From Ascoidea asiatica JCM 7603 (taxonomy: Eukaryota; Fungi; Ascomycota): a stretch of DNA of 31,946 bases. A program made the position numbers and the translations under genes. The notes below the pieces were generated by a model that was not told the DNA's origin, did not search any database, and saw only the letters and a program-made list of their open reading frames with translations. The DNA is taken from the NCBI GenBank assembly GCA_001600695.1, contig BCKQ01000024.1:125813-157758 (forward strand), written 5' to 3'. Of the stretch, positions 20,975 to 31,078 are shown piece by piece. Numbering within the stretch: the stretch's first letter is position 1; the number at the start of each line of letters is the position of its first letter.

Positions 20975-21302
20975 TACAATAATAAAAATACAATAATAAT
21001 AGATAAATTTTATATATCATTTATTTTCAAACTTCTCTTACTACACACACTTAAAACTCCCAAAAAACTGATTTTCTGCTTACGTAATATCTTTTCCATT
21101 CAAAAACAATTGAATATTTGAAAGACTTTTATTCACAATCACATTTTTTTTAAAGGTTTATTTTATTAGATAATGAACTGGTTAATGAACTAAATGAATG
21201 TAAATAAAAAAATTAATCATTAATTACTTTCTTGACCCTAGATTTCTTTTAATATTTTTTAATTATTAGTTGCTCTTTTTCATGTTCTTATAGTATCCAA
21301 TA

Positions 21303-24203
21303 ATGAACCCCAATGCTCCTGTGGGAATAACAAGTACTCTTTTACCTCCTATGTCTACAACCCCTTCTCGATCTCAATCTCAATCTGAATTTCAGCCTCA
21401 ATCTCAACTACAAACTCAACTACAACCTCAGTCACAAGCTCTATCTCAATCTCAATCTCAATCTCAATCACAATCACAATCACAAAATCTTGAAAATAAT
21501 ATACCCAAGGATAATGTAAATAATAATCGTAATGATTTCAATTATTCAAATTTTTATCTACAATGTGATACTAGAAATCAATCTTCAAAATTTATAAATG
21601 ATAATCTTTCTGCAAAAATTTCAAAAAGTCTTGTTGATAACTGGAATCAATTTCATAATACTATAAAAATTTATGAAAATTTTAAAAAAGATTATACTAC
21701 TAAATTTTATGATTCTGTTTCAATAGAATCTGATCTTATTTCAAAAAAAATTTTAACAAAACAAGAAGCAATAGAAAGGATTAATAGTTATGTTTCTTTA
21801 ATTTTTCAATATCAACCTTTAATTAGTTTACCAGATTTATCTTTAGATGAATTCAGAAATCAATATCCTTTATTATTCTTAACTATAATGTCAATTTCTT
21901 CAATAACTGTTACTTCTAATATTAAAAATCATGACTCAAATTCAAATGAATTTTCAAAATTAATTGAAAAAGAATTAACTATACAAATGGATCAATTATC
22001 TTCTTTAACTTATGAAATTTTAATTTTAGGTAAAAAAAATTTAGAAACTTTGAAATGCTTATTTTTAACATTTTCATGGCAATCTTCTCCAGTAATTTAT
22101 ACACATCAAAATTCTCATTTATATTTAAATTTATTAACTGGAATGTGTATTGATCTTGGCTTAATCCCAGATATAAATTTTGTACCAAGATTACATTTTA
22201 ATAAATATGAAAATTATTTAAAATCAACAACTGTTATTTCAGATTCTGATTCTCTTGAATGTAAAAGAATTTTATTAACTATTTATGCAGCAAATTTTGG
22301 TATGAAAACTATTCAAAATAAACCAAAATTGATTCAATGGACTGATTATTTTGATGATTCTTATAAAAATCTTATAAAATTATGTGTTAATGATCAAAAT
22401 TTAGCTTCAATTGCTAAAATTTATAGTATTACTGAAAAATGTATAACTTTAGTTTCAATTGATGCACAAACTCAAGATTTATTACTATCCTTAAATATTA
22501 AATCTCAATCTTCTTTATTATATAATAAAATCTTAACTAAAAATAATAATTTATTGAACTATTTTAGTAATGAATTGAAAAAAGTTAATGAAAAAAATAA
22601 AAATCCAACTCCTGTTTATAATATATCTTATTATACTTGCCTTATATTTTTAATTGAAAGAGCAATAATTTCTCCAATTTTTAAATGTCAAACAAATCAA
22701 CAAAATTTAAATAATCTATTGAATTCTTTAGATGCATTAAATTCAATTCCAATAATTATAAAGTTTTTAAATTTAGGTTTTGAATATTGTTATAAAAATA
22801 TTTTATTGATTAAAAATTTAGATGAAAATACTTTATTAGTTTTACCTTCTGCTCAATTTTCAAGAATTGTTTATAATATAAGTTTTTATTTAAGATTAAA
22901 TATTTTACCTTCATATTTACCATTCAATTTTCAAAAATATTCTTTTTGGTTTAATACAAAAGATGATGATAAAGAAAACTCAATTCAAATAATTTTTGAA
23001 TTTCAAAAAAAATTATCAAATTTATCAAAAAGTTATTTCTTCGCTAATAATTTGATCAAATTTAATTATATCATTGCTTTATTATTACATCATTACAAAA
23101 TTCAGTTAAATGATGAAGTTGATACTTTTCATAACTATTTATCTCAACAATTCTTATCTCCCGAATCAACATCAATGTCCAAATCTAATTCAGTATCTCA
23201 ACCTATTAATAATCAAAAAACTAATTCATCAAATTCAAATTCAAATGTTAATATAAACCAAAGATCTAAAGAGAACCCAAATTTGGCCACAAACTCCATA
23301 ATAAGTCCAAATGTATCTTTAAACTCAAATTCAAATATGAACTCAAATATTGGCTCAAATGAAAACATACCTATGATTAATACTGGCTTCCCACAACAAA
23401 ATTCACGTCAAAATAATTTCAACTTTCAACTGCAACATCAACCAACAATGAATAAACAACACATCAATTATAATGAAATCCCTAATAATATACTCCAAAA
23501 TATTCACAGTACCCCAAATCAAATGGGTAATATTACTTCAAATAACATTGCGAGTAATGATATAAATTTAAATAGAAACATGAACTTGAGTCAAAATGCA
23601 AGTAATAATTCTGATCAAAATAATAATCAAAACTTGAATAATAATTTCAATCCAATTAATGCGAATAAGGTTAATGAAGCTACTAATTTTAATTTTTTGA
23701 ATAATCAAGGAAGCAATCAAAATAATCTTAATAATAGCGTCAACAATAATAATAACTTTAATAATGTTATGACTGGTAATATAAATAACAATATAAATAA
23801 CAATATGAACAATAATATGAATAATAATTTGAATAATAATATGAATAATATGAATAATATGAGTGATATGAATAGTATAAATAATATAAACAATATAAAC
23901 AACATCAGTAATATGAATAACAGTATGAATAATAATATGAATAATAATATGAATAATAATATGAATAATATGAATAATATGAATAATATGAATAATAACA
24001 TGGTTAATATGAATAATACTAATATGATTCATATGAATAATAATATACATGGCGGGCCAAATAATGTAGCCAATAATTCTAATAATAATAACCATATGTT
24101 TAATATTGAGGGATTCAATAAGCAAGATATGGATGATTTCAAACTTTTCAGAGACTTGTATTTTGATGCATTCGACGATATGTTTTCTTTTAATCCAATA
24201 TAA
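21303..24203 (+). CDS. Fungal transcription-factor-like protein (War1-like middle homology region) with an Asn/Met-rich tail and no Zn2Cys6 domain, 966 aa
   Basis: ILTKQEAIERINSY...PLISLPDLSLDEFRNQYPLLFLTIMSISS, GKKNLETLKCL and GMCIDLGL resemble the middle region of Zn-cluster factors. The C-terminus is acidic-aromatic (DMDDFKLFRDLYFDAFDDMFSF). The ORF is solid; the family call is moderate. Confidence 0.65.
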   Translation: MNPNAPVGITSTLLPPMSTTPSRSQSQSEFQPQSQLQTQLQPQSQALSQSQSQSQSQSQSQNLENNIPKDNVNNNRNDFNYSNFYLQCDTRNQSSKFINDNLSAKISKSLVDNWNQFHNTIKIYENFKKDYTTKFYDSVSIESDLISKKILTKQEAIERINSYVSLIFQYQPLISLPDLSLDEFRNQYPLLFLTIMSISSITVTSNIKNHDSNSNEFSKLIEKELTIQMDQLSSLTYEILILGKKNLETLKCLFLTFSWQSSPVIYTHQNSHLYLNLLTGMCIDLGLIPDINFVPRLHFNKYENYLKSTTVISDSDSLECKRILLTIYAANFGMKTIQNKPKLIQWTDYFDDSYKNLIKLCVNDQNLASIAKIYSITEKCITLVSIDAQTQDLLLSLNIKSQSSLLYNKILTKNNNLLNYFSNELKKVNEKNKNPTPVYNISYYTCLIFLIERAIISPIFKCQTNQQNLNNLLNSLDALNSIPIIIKFLNLGFEYCYKNILLIKNLDENTLLVLPSAQFSRIVYNISFYLRLNILPSYLPFNFQKYSFWFNTKDDDKENSIQIIFEFQKKLSNLSKSYFFANNLIKFNYIIALLLHHYKIQLNDEVDTFHNYLSQQFLSPESTSMSKSNSVSQPINNQKTNSSNSNSNVNINQRSKENPNLATNSIISPNVSLNSNSNMNSNIGSNENIPMINTGFPQQNSRQNNFNFQLQHQPTMNKQHINYNEIPNNILQNIHSTPNQMGNITSNNIASNDINLNRNMNLSQNASNNSDQNNNQNLNNNFNPINANKVNEATNFNFLNNQGSNQNNLNNSVNNNNNFNNVMTGNINNNINNNMNNNMNNNLNNNMNNMNNMSDMNSINNINNINNISNMNNSMNNNMNNNMNNNMNNMNNMNNMNNNMVNMNNTNMIHMNNNIHGGPNNVANNSNNNNHMFNIEGFNKQDMDDFKLFRDLYFDAFDDMFSFNPI

Positions 24204-24867
24204 GATTTATTGTTTTTTTTCAAACAAAAGAGATTTAGCTTTTGAAGAATGTTTAAAGTAAGTTTCTCATCATTTTTTATGAAATCAAAAAGCATGGCCT
24301 TTACTTTGTTTTGTACAGGAACCTAGAGTTTGGCTTAAAAAACCTACTCCATGATTGAAAAAAAATGGTGAGTTTATTATGTAGGTGCTTGGATGCAGGA
24401 AATTATTATTTTTTATATTCAAAAACTTCTATCAATATTGGAAACTAAACTAAATAAAATTATTTATTGCTATAATCTATAAAAGTTCAAACTCGAAGCT
24501 TGTGTCAAAACATATTTACACTGAAAAAAAGTGAAAATGATTGATTATTTTTTTCGAATAGGTTAATTTTTTCTTAGTTTTAATTGATATTATTTTTCCT
24601 TGTAATTATGTCTATTTTATGAATGTTTCCCTTAGACTTACTATTCTTAAAATCGAAATTGCATGAAATAAGAGCCTATGCTGAATTGAATTATTTATAA
24701 AACGTTTGAATATCCTTAAATATTTCAAAAGATTAACTATAATTAAAGCTTTTGTTAGCTATGTTGAAGATATTAATAACTTTCGTTGTTGGGATATATT
24801 TCTTATTTTTTAATTCATTTTATATTTTTATTAGGGTACATACACTGTATTAAATAAACACTATAGA

Positions 24868-27800
24868 TCATTTATCCAAATTGGTTAGCCATTTTTCTAT
24901 TTGCTCTTTAGAATCTTTATGTAAAAGCTGAGCAAATTCTTCACTTATTAATAATTGTTCTCTTAAAAGAACGTAATTTACAGAATACTTTCTGATTACA
25001 GTTTTCATTAATCCCATAACTGCCACATATTTCCACTTCATATCGAATATTTCATCTTCTTCATCATCAACCTCAATGATCTCCTTTCTTAAACCATTTT
25101 TCACTTCCACAGGATCATTTGGAACCAATTTCTCTACATCCGGTTCTTCTGGTATATCAATTTTCTCTTCAGTTTTCAAGAGTGATAAATTATTATTTAA
25201 CAATAGCAAAATCTCATTAAATGTTAAAATAAATAAGTCTTTAGATTCATCTTGACTTAAGAGTGAAATTTGATTGAGAGTCATTAACAATTTTTCCATA
25301 CTCAAGTGGTCAATCAAAACATTACATTTGAATTTAAGGTCTTTATCTGAAGAATCTTTGAAAGAATATTTGATTATAGCCTCAAAACTAAATAAGCCAG
25401 CCTTTCTCATATATTCAATGAGTATTGATACATTTAGAGGAGATTCATTCCAAAATCTAAATAGTGCTTCAATAGCCCAAATTTGTCGTTGAATTTGTTC
25501 TTCTTTACCAGAATGCGTATATGATTTTAATTGGTTTTCTATTGAGTATTTGTTTTCAACAACTTCCTTTTCTAGTAAATCATTCTCATTATTATTATTG
25601 TTTGATTCATTATCTTTCTTCATATTATCTTCCGCATTTTCTTGTATAGTTTCATCTTTCATTTCACTATCTTCATGTTTGCTATCGACCACTTCCTTTT
25701 GAAAATGTTTGATGATAGTTGGTTTATTGAATTGACCGTCGGTTTCAATGAAATCTATTTTTTTTAAAGGCAAACCTAAAAATTTTTTGAATCTGTGGAG
25801 AAATCTACCAATATAAATATCAAAATGAGAAACAGATCTACAACATAATTGAGCAGCTGATTGGAAATATAAAACAACAAATATTTTTTCAATATTAATT
25901 TTGACATTTTCTTTTTCATTTATTACTTTTAAAGCAGATTCTAATTGCATAACTTTTTCATAAAATATATCATCAAAATCTTGATTTGCAACACTAGAAA
26001 CGAATTGATTAATTTCATCTTGAACAGGATATAATGGATTAACTAAAGTAATTTCAGGTTCATCAATTATTTCATCATGAAATTCAATAGAATCTGTTGT
26101 TAGATTAACTAAATTAGAAAAAATTTCATTATCATAATTTACAATTTCAGTTTTACTCATAAAACCATATTTTAAATATTTATGAAATTCTTCTAATAAA
26201 GAATCTTTCAATTCTGTTTTTCTTGATAAAATCATTTCTTTTTGAATAATATTTTTAATAAATACAATTTTTGGATGATATAAAGATTTATTATAAAAAT
26301 ATTGAGAATCTTTAATCCATTCATTCCATTTCCATTTAAAATTAAAATTACTTAATTGAGTTGCAAACCAATCTAAAAATTTCCATTTTAACTCATAATC
26401 TAAAGAAAATAAATTATTATAAAAAAATCGAATAGCTCTACCAAATACAGGAGCAATAGCAGCAGGACTTTGAGCACAACATGCAACTAATAAATTAAAA
26501 AAATAAACAGGTTTTAAAGTTGATTTTGGTAAAGTGAATAATAAAGATAAACAATTTTCAATTGCAACATCTTCAATTTTCCAAGTAGATTTAGCAAGAG
26601 ATTTATCAGATAATTGTAAATTTTCAGCATGAATTTCTTTTAATTTATCAATTGTATAACCAGTACCATCAAATAAAGATTCTTTAAAAAAACAATCAAT
26701 TAATAATAATTGTTTTGCAGCTTCAAATCTATTATATTCTAAAGATACAATAATATCTTGAGAAATATCTCTTAATAATAAACTTTGAAAAGTATTTGAT
26801 AAAGGTTGAGTTTCAAAATCATTAACTGGTGAAAAAACTTCAAATAAAATTCTTGGAAATTTCCAAATAAGGTCAATATTACCATTGTCATTTTCATAAT
26901 TAGAAAATTTAATTAAATCTTCAGCTTTTGGAATAATTAAAGCAGGAAATTTTTTAAATTGTTGTTCAACTTTAGGATCTTTTGAAACGTCTAATGATGA
27001 TTTAATTTCAATTTCATTTTCAACTTTTTTTATTTCTTCAGATGGATTATTATTATTTGTATCATTAGAATTTTCATTAGTGATTTCATTAGAATTTTCA
27101 TTAGTAATTTCATTGGTAATTTCACTAGGATTTTCACTAGGATTTTCATTAGACTTCTCATTAGACTTCTCATTAGACTTCTCATTAGTATTTTCATTAT
27201 TTTCAGTATTATTATTATTTTCAAGAAATTTTTGTGATAAATCAAAATGATTTTTAATTGTAATTAAATAACCAGATAAAGTTTTAGAAATATTTGGAAA
27301 AAATTGAAATAAACTTTGGAAATTATTAATTGATAATTGTTCAATTGAAGGTAAAATTGAAGTTATAATATCTTTTGGTTGATAAGGTAAAGAATTTTTT
27401 AAATTTGATAATATAAAAGGTTTATATAAATCAATTGAAGAAGATTTAATAATTTTGAAATTATTTTTAGCATTTTCAATTATTAAATTAATTTGTTTAA
27501 TTAATTCATCATTATTTTGATTATAATTATTATTAATATCATTTGAAATTGAAGTTGTATTAGCATTAAAAATTAATAAATAAGGTAAAGAGATTAAAGT
27601 ATTAAAATAAATTTGTTGAGCCAATGGACATCTTGAATCATTTGGATTATAAATTGATTGTAAATTTATTGATAAATTAATTAAATCATTAAAAATTTTT
27701 AAAATTTCAAATTTATTTATAAAAGTTAAACAAGATAATAATCTTAATAATAATTTAATATTATTCCAATAACCATTTTGTAAGTTATTATTATTATTAT

Positions 27801-28278
27801 TTTTGTTATTCGAATTTGAATTTGAAGTTGAATTTAAGGTTAATTGAAATAAATCAAATAATTTTTGATGAAAAAAATCAATAAAATAATTTGCAATTGA
27901 TAAATTTTTAGAAACAATAACATGAATTAAAGAAGCAATAAAAATTAATTTATGTGGTTGTTCAATAATTACAGAAAATATAGTTAATAAAATTTTTTCT
28001 CTTAAATAATCATTATTTTCAAAATTTAAAATTATTGGAGCAGAAATATGTTCTAAATTTTGAACTAAAGATTGATTTGAAGGTTCACCAATTAAAGTTA
28101 TATCATTACAAACTTTTTGAGTAATTAAATTAATATTAATGTTTAATTGTTGAGATTGAGATTGAGATTGAGATTGAGATTGAGATTGAGATTGAAATTG
28201 AAATTGAGAAGAAACTTTTTCAGGTAAGAATTCCACTTCACTATATCTTCTTTTTCTTTTATTTTGATAATAAGACAT
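24868..28278 (-). CDS. STO1: Nuclear cap-binding complex large subunit (Cbp80/Sto1, MIF4G domains), 1136 aa
   Basis: N-terminal NLS KRKRR, EQPHK, LEYNRFEAAKQL, STWKIEDVAIE, PAAIAPVFGRAIRFFY and WFATQLSNFNFKWKWNEW. Confidence 0.93.
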   Translation of the reverse strand: MSYYQNKRKRRYSEVEFLPEKVSSQFQFQSQSQSQSQSQSQSQQLNININLITQKVCNDITLIGEPSNQSLVQNLEHISAPIILNFENNDYLREKILLTIFSVIIEQPHKLIFIASLIHVIVSKNLSIANYFIDFFHQKLFDLFQLTLNSTSNSNSNNKNNNNNNLQNGYWNNIKLLLRLLSCLTFINKFEILKIFNDLINLSINLQSIYNPNDSRCPLAQQIYFNTLISLPYLLIFNANTTSISNDINNNYNQNNDELIKQINLIIENAKNNFKIIKSSSIDLYKPFILSNLKNSLPYQPKDIITSILPSIEQLSINNFQSLFQFFPNISKTLSGYLITIKNHFDLSQKFLENNNNTENNENTNEKSNEKSNEKSNENPSENPSEITNEITNENSNEITNENSNDTNNNNPSEEIKKVENEIEIKSSLDVSKDPKVEQQFKKFPALIIPKAEDLIKFSNYENDNGNIDLIWKFPRILFEVFSPVNDFETQPLSNTFQSLLLRDISQDIIVSLEYNRFEAAKQLLLIDCFFKESLFDGTGYTIDKLKEIHAENLQLSDKSLAKSTWKIEDVAIENCLSLLFTLPKSTLKPVYFFNLLVACCAQSPAAIAPVFGRAIRFFYNNLFSLDYELKWKFLDWFATQLSNFNFKWKWNEWIKDSQYFYNKSLYHPKIVFIKNIIQKEMILSRKTELKDSLLEEFHKYLKYGFMSKTEIVNYDNEIFSNLVNLTTDSIEFHDEIIDEPEITLVNPLYPVQDEINQFVSSVANQDFDDIFYEKVMQLESALKVINEKENVKINIEKIFVVLYFQSAAQLCCRSVSHFDIYIGRFLHRFKKFLGLPLKKIDFIETDGQFNKPTIIKHFQKEVVDSKHEDSEMKDETIQENAEDNMKKDNESNNNNNENDLLEKEVVENKYSIENQLKSYTHSGKEEQIQRQIWAIEALFRFWNESPLNVSILIEYMRKAGLFSFEAIIKYSFKDSSDKDLKFKCNVLIDHLSMEKLLMTLNQISLLSQDESKDLFILTFNEILLLLNNNLSLLKTEEKIDIPEEPDVEKLVPNDPVEVKNGLRKEIIEVDDEEDEIFDMKWKYVAVMGLMKTVIRKYSVNYVLLREQLLISEEFAQLLHKDSKEQIEKWLTNLDK

Positions 28279-28629
28279 TTTAATTGATGATATTTTTAAT
28301 TGATTAAAATTTTTTTATATAATAATTAAAAGATTAAAAGATATAGAATATAATTATAAGTTAATTGATAATAATAAAAATCGATAATTTCAGATGATAT
28401 TTATTTGTATAAATTTAAATATATGAAAATTATTGTTTCCAATTAAAGATGGAAAACCATGGCATGGCGGATGGAAAAGATAATAAATTTTTAACGGAAA
28501 TAAAAAACAAAATGCAAAACCGCGACACGTGATTTATTTAATTTTTAAAAGACCTAATTAGGAAATAGAGTAACTTTAAAAATACAGTAGAGATAGAGTA
28601 AATATATTATGTAGATATATATGTAGATA

Positions 28630-29736
28630 TTATCTACGACGAGGACCTTTTGGTTTTGCAAATTTCCTGGGAGTACTGCTGATTGGTTTTGAAGTTGAAT
28701 ATTCTTTTGTTGATGAAGATGAAGAAGAGGAAGAAGAGGAAGAAGAAGAAGTAGTTGAATCATCAAATAAAGATATATCTAATTCATCAGGATCACCAAT
28801 TTCAATATTTTGATCAATTAAGAAATTTAATTTTAATTTTAAAGAATTTATTAAACTTAATTTATTTGAAGCATAAATCATTCTTTGTTTAACTTTTGAA
28901 CCTGAAGGACATGTATAAATAAAAGCAATTTTATTTAAATTATAATAATAAAAAGAATATTTTGGATGATTAATATTTAAATTTAAAATATTTAATAAAT
29001 TTGAAGGAATTATATTTAAATTAATATTTAAAATTGAAATTTTTTCTAAATTTAATGGAATATATAAATTAATTAAAGTATAAATATTTTGAGGTGAAGA
29101 AAGTTTTTCAAAAACTTCATTATCTATTTCAAAAGATAAAGAATTTGAAGAGATTTTACTATTATTAGTAGTAGTAGTAGTAGTTGTATTATTATTATTA
29201 TCATTAAAGGAAGGTAATTGAATTGATAAATGATTTAAATCATTAATTAAATCTTCATTATTAAAAGAATTATTAATTGAATTATCAATTAAATAAAGAT
29301 AATTATTATAATCTATATCATCAATATTTGTAAAATGAAATTTATTTTTAATTAAATTATTATTACCTAAATTTCTTAATAAATTTAATTTTGAAGAAGC
29401 ATAAATCATTTTTGATTTAACAGAATCATTATCAGGTATAAAATCTATAAATATTAAAGAATTTGAATTTAAATTTAAATTTAAATTTGTTTTAATTAAT
29501 ATAAATCTTGAATTTTTTATTAATAAATTTGATAAATATGATTTTAAATTATTAAATTCTTCAATTAATGAATAATTATTATTTTTAATTAATCTATTTA
29601 AAATTTTATCTTTTTCAATAATTTCATTTTGAAAATTAATTTTTATAATTAAACAAGATTCAGAATCATTTGATATGAAATGATTGAAATCTTTAATTAA
29701 ATTAGAAGATGGTTGAATACCAGATTGAGTTGACAT
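28630..29736 (-). CDS. TWF1: Twinfilin (two ADF-H domains plus capping-protein-binding tail), 368 aa
   Basis: MSTQSGI, PDNDSVKSKMIYASSK, FIYTCPSGSKVKQRMIYASNK and C-terminal KFAKPKGPRRR. Confidence 0.95.
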   Translation of the reverse strand: MSTQSGIQPSSNLIKDFNHFISNDSESCLIIKINFQNEIIEKDKILNRLIKNNNYSLIEEFNNLKSYLSNLLIKNSRFILIKTNLNLNLNSNSLIFIDFIPDNDSVKSKMIYASSKLNLLRNLGNNNLIKNKFHFTNIDDIDYNNYLYLIDNSINNSFNNEDLINDLNHLSIQLPSFNDNNNNTTTTTTTNNSKISSNSLSFEIDNEVFEKLSSPQNIYTLINLYIPLNLEKISILNINLNIIPSNLLNILNLNINHPKYSFYYYNLNKIAFIYTCPSGSKVKQRMIYASNKLSLINSLKLKLNFLIDQNIEIGDPDELDISLFDDSTTSSSSSSSSSSSSSTKEYSTSKPISSTPRKFAKPKGPRRR

Positions 29737-29994
29737 TGAAAATAATGGAGTATTATATATTTTTTTTATTAGGGAAAAAAAAATGAAATTTTATCAATAA
29801 GTAATTCAATAAAATGAATATCTTCAGAAGTATCAGAAGTTGATTGAACTAATCTAATATTAAAATTGATAACGTTATTAAGATGAATTGAATTGAATTG
29901 AATTAATGAATTGAATTGAATAGAATAGAATTGTTAACAGCGTTGTTTGTAATTAAACAGCACAAGGAGAATAAAAGCGTAATCTGCTGCTGTT

Positions 29995-30420
29995 TAAATT
30001 GGCCACAGACACTGCCACTGAATTAGCCACTGTATTAGCCACTGTATTAGCCACGACTGTATGTGTTTAGCGTGTGGCTTAGGGTGCTATTGGGGCCGTG
30101 CAGGTGGTAGTCTCCTGTTCCGTGGAACCAGGCTCAAAGCACAGCGTCGTGCATGAATGAGCCCCTGGGCAGGCTGACGCGAGCTGCAGGACGCGTTCTC
30201 CCCGGCGCGGAATGCGAGCATTGGGGCAGCTCCTGCCGGTGCCGAAGTGCGGCAACAACAGCGGCAACCGGAACCGCAGAGGAGCCTGGCTAGTTGCAGC
30301 TTTGGCACCACCACCACCACCACCACCAGAAACACCACCACCAGAAACACCACCGCTCTGAATCCTGTGCTTCTCTTCATCTTCATCTTCATCTTCATCT
30401 TCATCTTCTTCTGCTGCTGC
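29995..30420. promoter_or_regulatory. GC-rich island in the TWF1/LTE1 divergent promoter
   Basis: One of the most GC-rich stretches of the window, flanked by microsatellites ((CAC)n, (ATCTTC)n), with no credible ORF. Confidence 0.5.
30002..30054. repeat. 12-bp-period repeat GCCACTGTATTA, five GCCAC cores
   Basis: GCCAC at 30002, 30014, 30026, 30038 and 30050. Confidence 0.9.
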
Positions 30421-30450
30421 TTCTTCTTATTCTATCCTCTTTTATCTAAT

Positions 30451-30500
30451 CCAGATAGATCCAGATAGATCCAGATAGATCCAGATAGATCCAGATAGAT
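30451..30500. repeat. 10-bp tandem repeat (CCAGATAGAT)5
   Basis: Five perfect copies, followed by degenerate ones. Confidence 0.95.
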
Positions 30501-31023
30501 CCAAAAAAAGATCCAGATTCGGATTCAGATACTTACAAATCTTCACATTCATATCTATTTTATCATTGTTTATCCATTTTAACCATTTTAACCACATTTG
30601 TAATTGTTATTGGTAATTACTACTGAGGTGTATTCACTTTCCTCTGTTTTCTTCTTTTACACTAACAAACTTACCCATAATCACTTTTATTTTTTCGATC
30701 TTCAAAATTTTAAAAAGACCTTCTTTTGAATTATCTATCCATTTTTTTTATCTTATTCAATATCAATTGATAATATTTTTCTATTCATAATCTATTGTTA
30801 TATTCGAAATATAATCACTTACAATATTCTTTCAAATATTGTAATAATAATACTCACTCACTCATTCATTCATTCACTTACTTACTCAATTACTCAATTA
30901 CTCAATTATATTCTCTTTTACTCACTTACTGATTCATTCACTCTTTTGTTTTTATAATTGTTATTCAAATGAAATTAAAGGTATAATTCCTTAACAAATT
31001 GCTTTAAAATATAATTTATCATA

Positions 31024-31038
31024 ATGATTGATGATATT

Positions 31039-31078
<40 letters not shown>

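Noticed and set aside
23568-24125. Minus-strand 185-aa Ile/His-rich ORF and the overlapping 94-aa Leu/Phe/Ile ORF
   Set aside because: Antisense shadows of the (ATGAATAAT)n repeat in the TF gene, open only because the repeat lacks stops.
24290-24410. U5 loop-like GCCTTTAC and a nearby ACCTAC/GTAGGT stem between convergent genes
   Set aside because: U5 loop I requires GCCTTTTAC in a closing stem; this is one T short and I saw no supporting structure.
30079-30468. Three short ORFs in the TWF1/LTE1 island
   Set aside because: Translations of microsatellites (MKMKMK, TTTT, FIFIF) with atypical codon usage.
30002-30500. Repeat arrays as CRISPR or telomeric repeats
   Set aside because: Eukaryotic context, 8-12 bp units without unique spacers, internal location and few copies.
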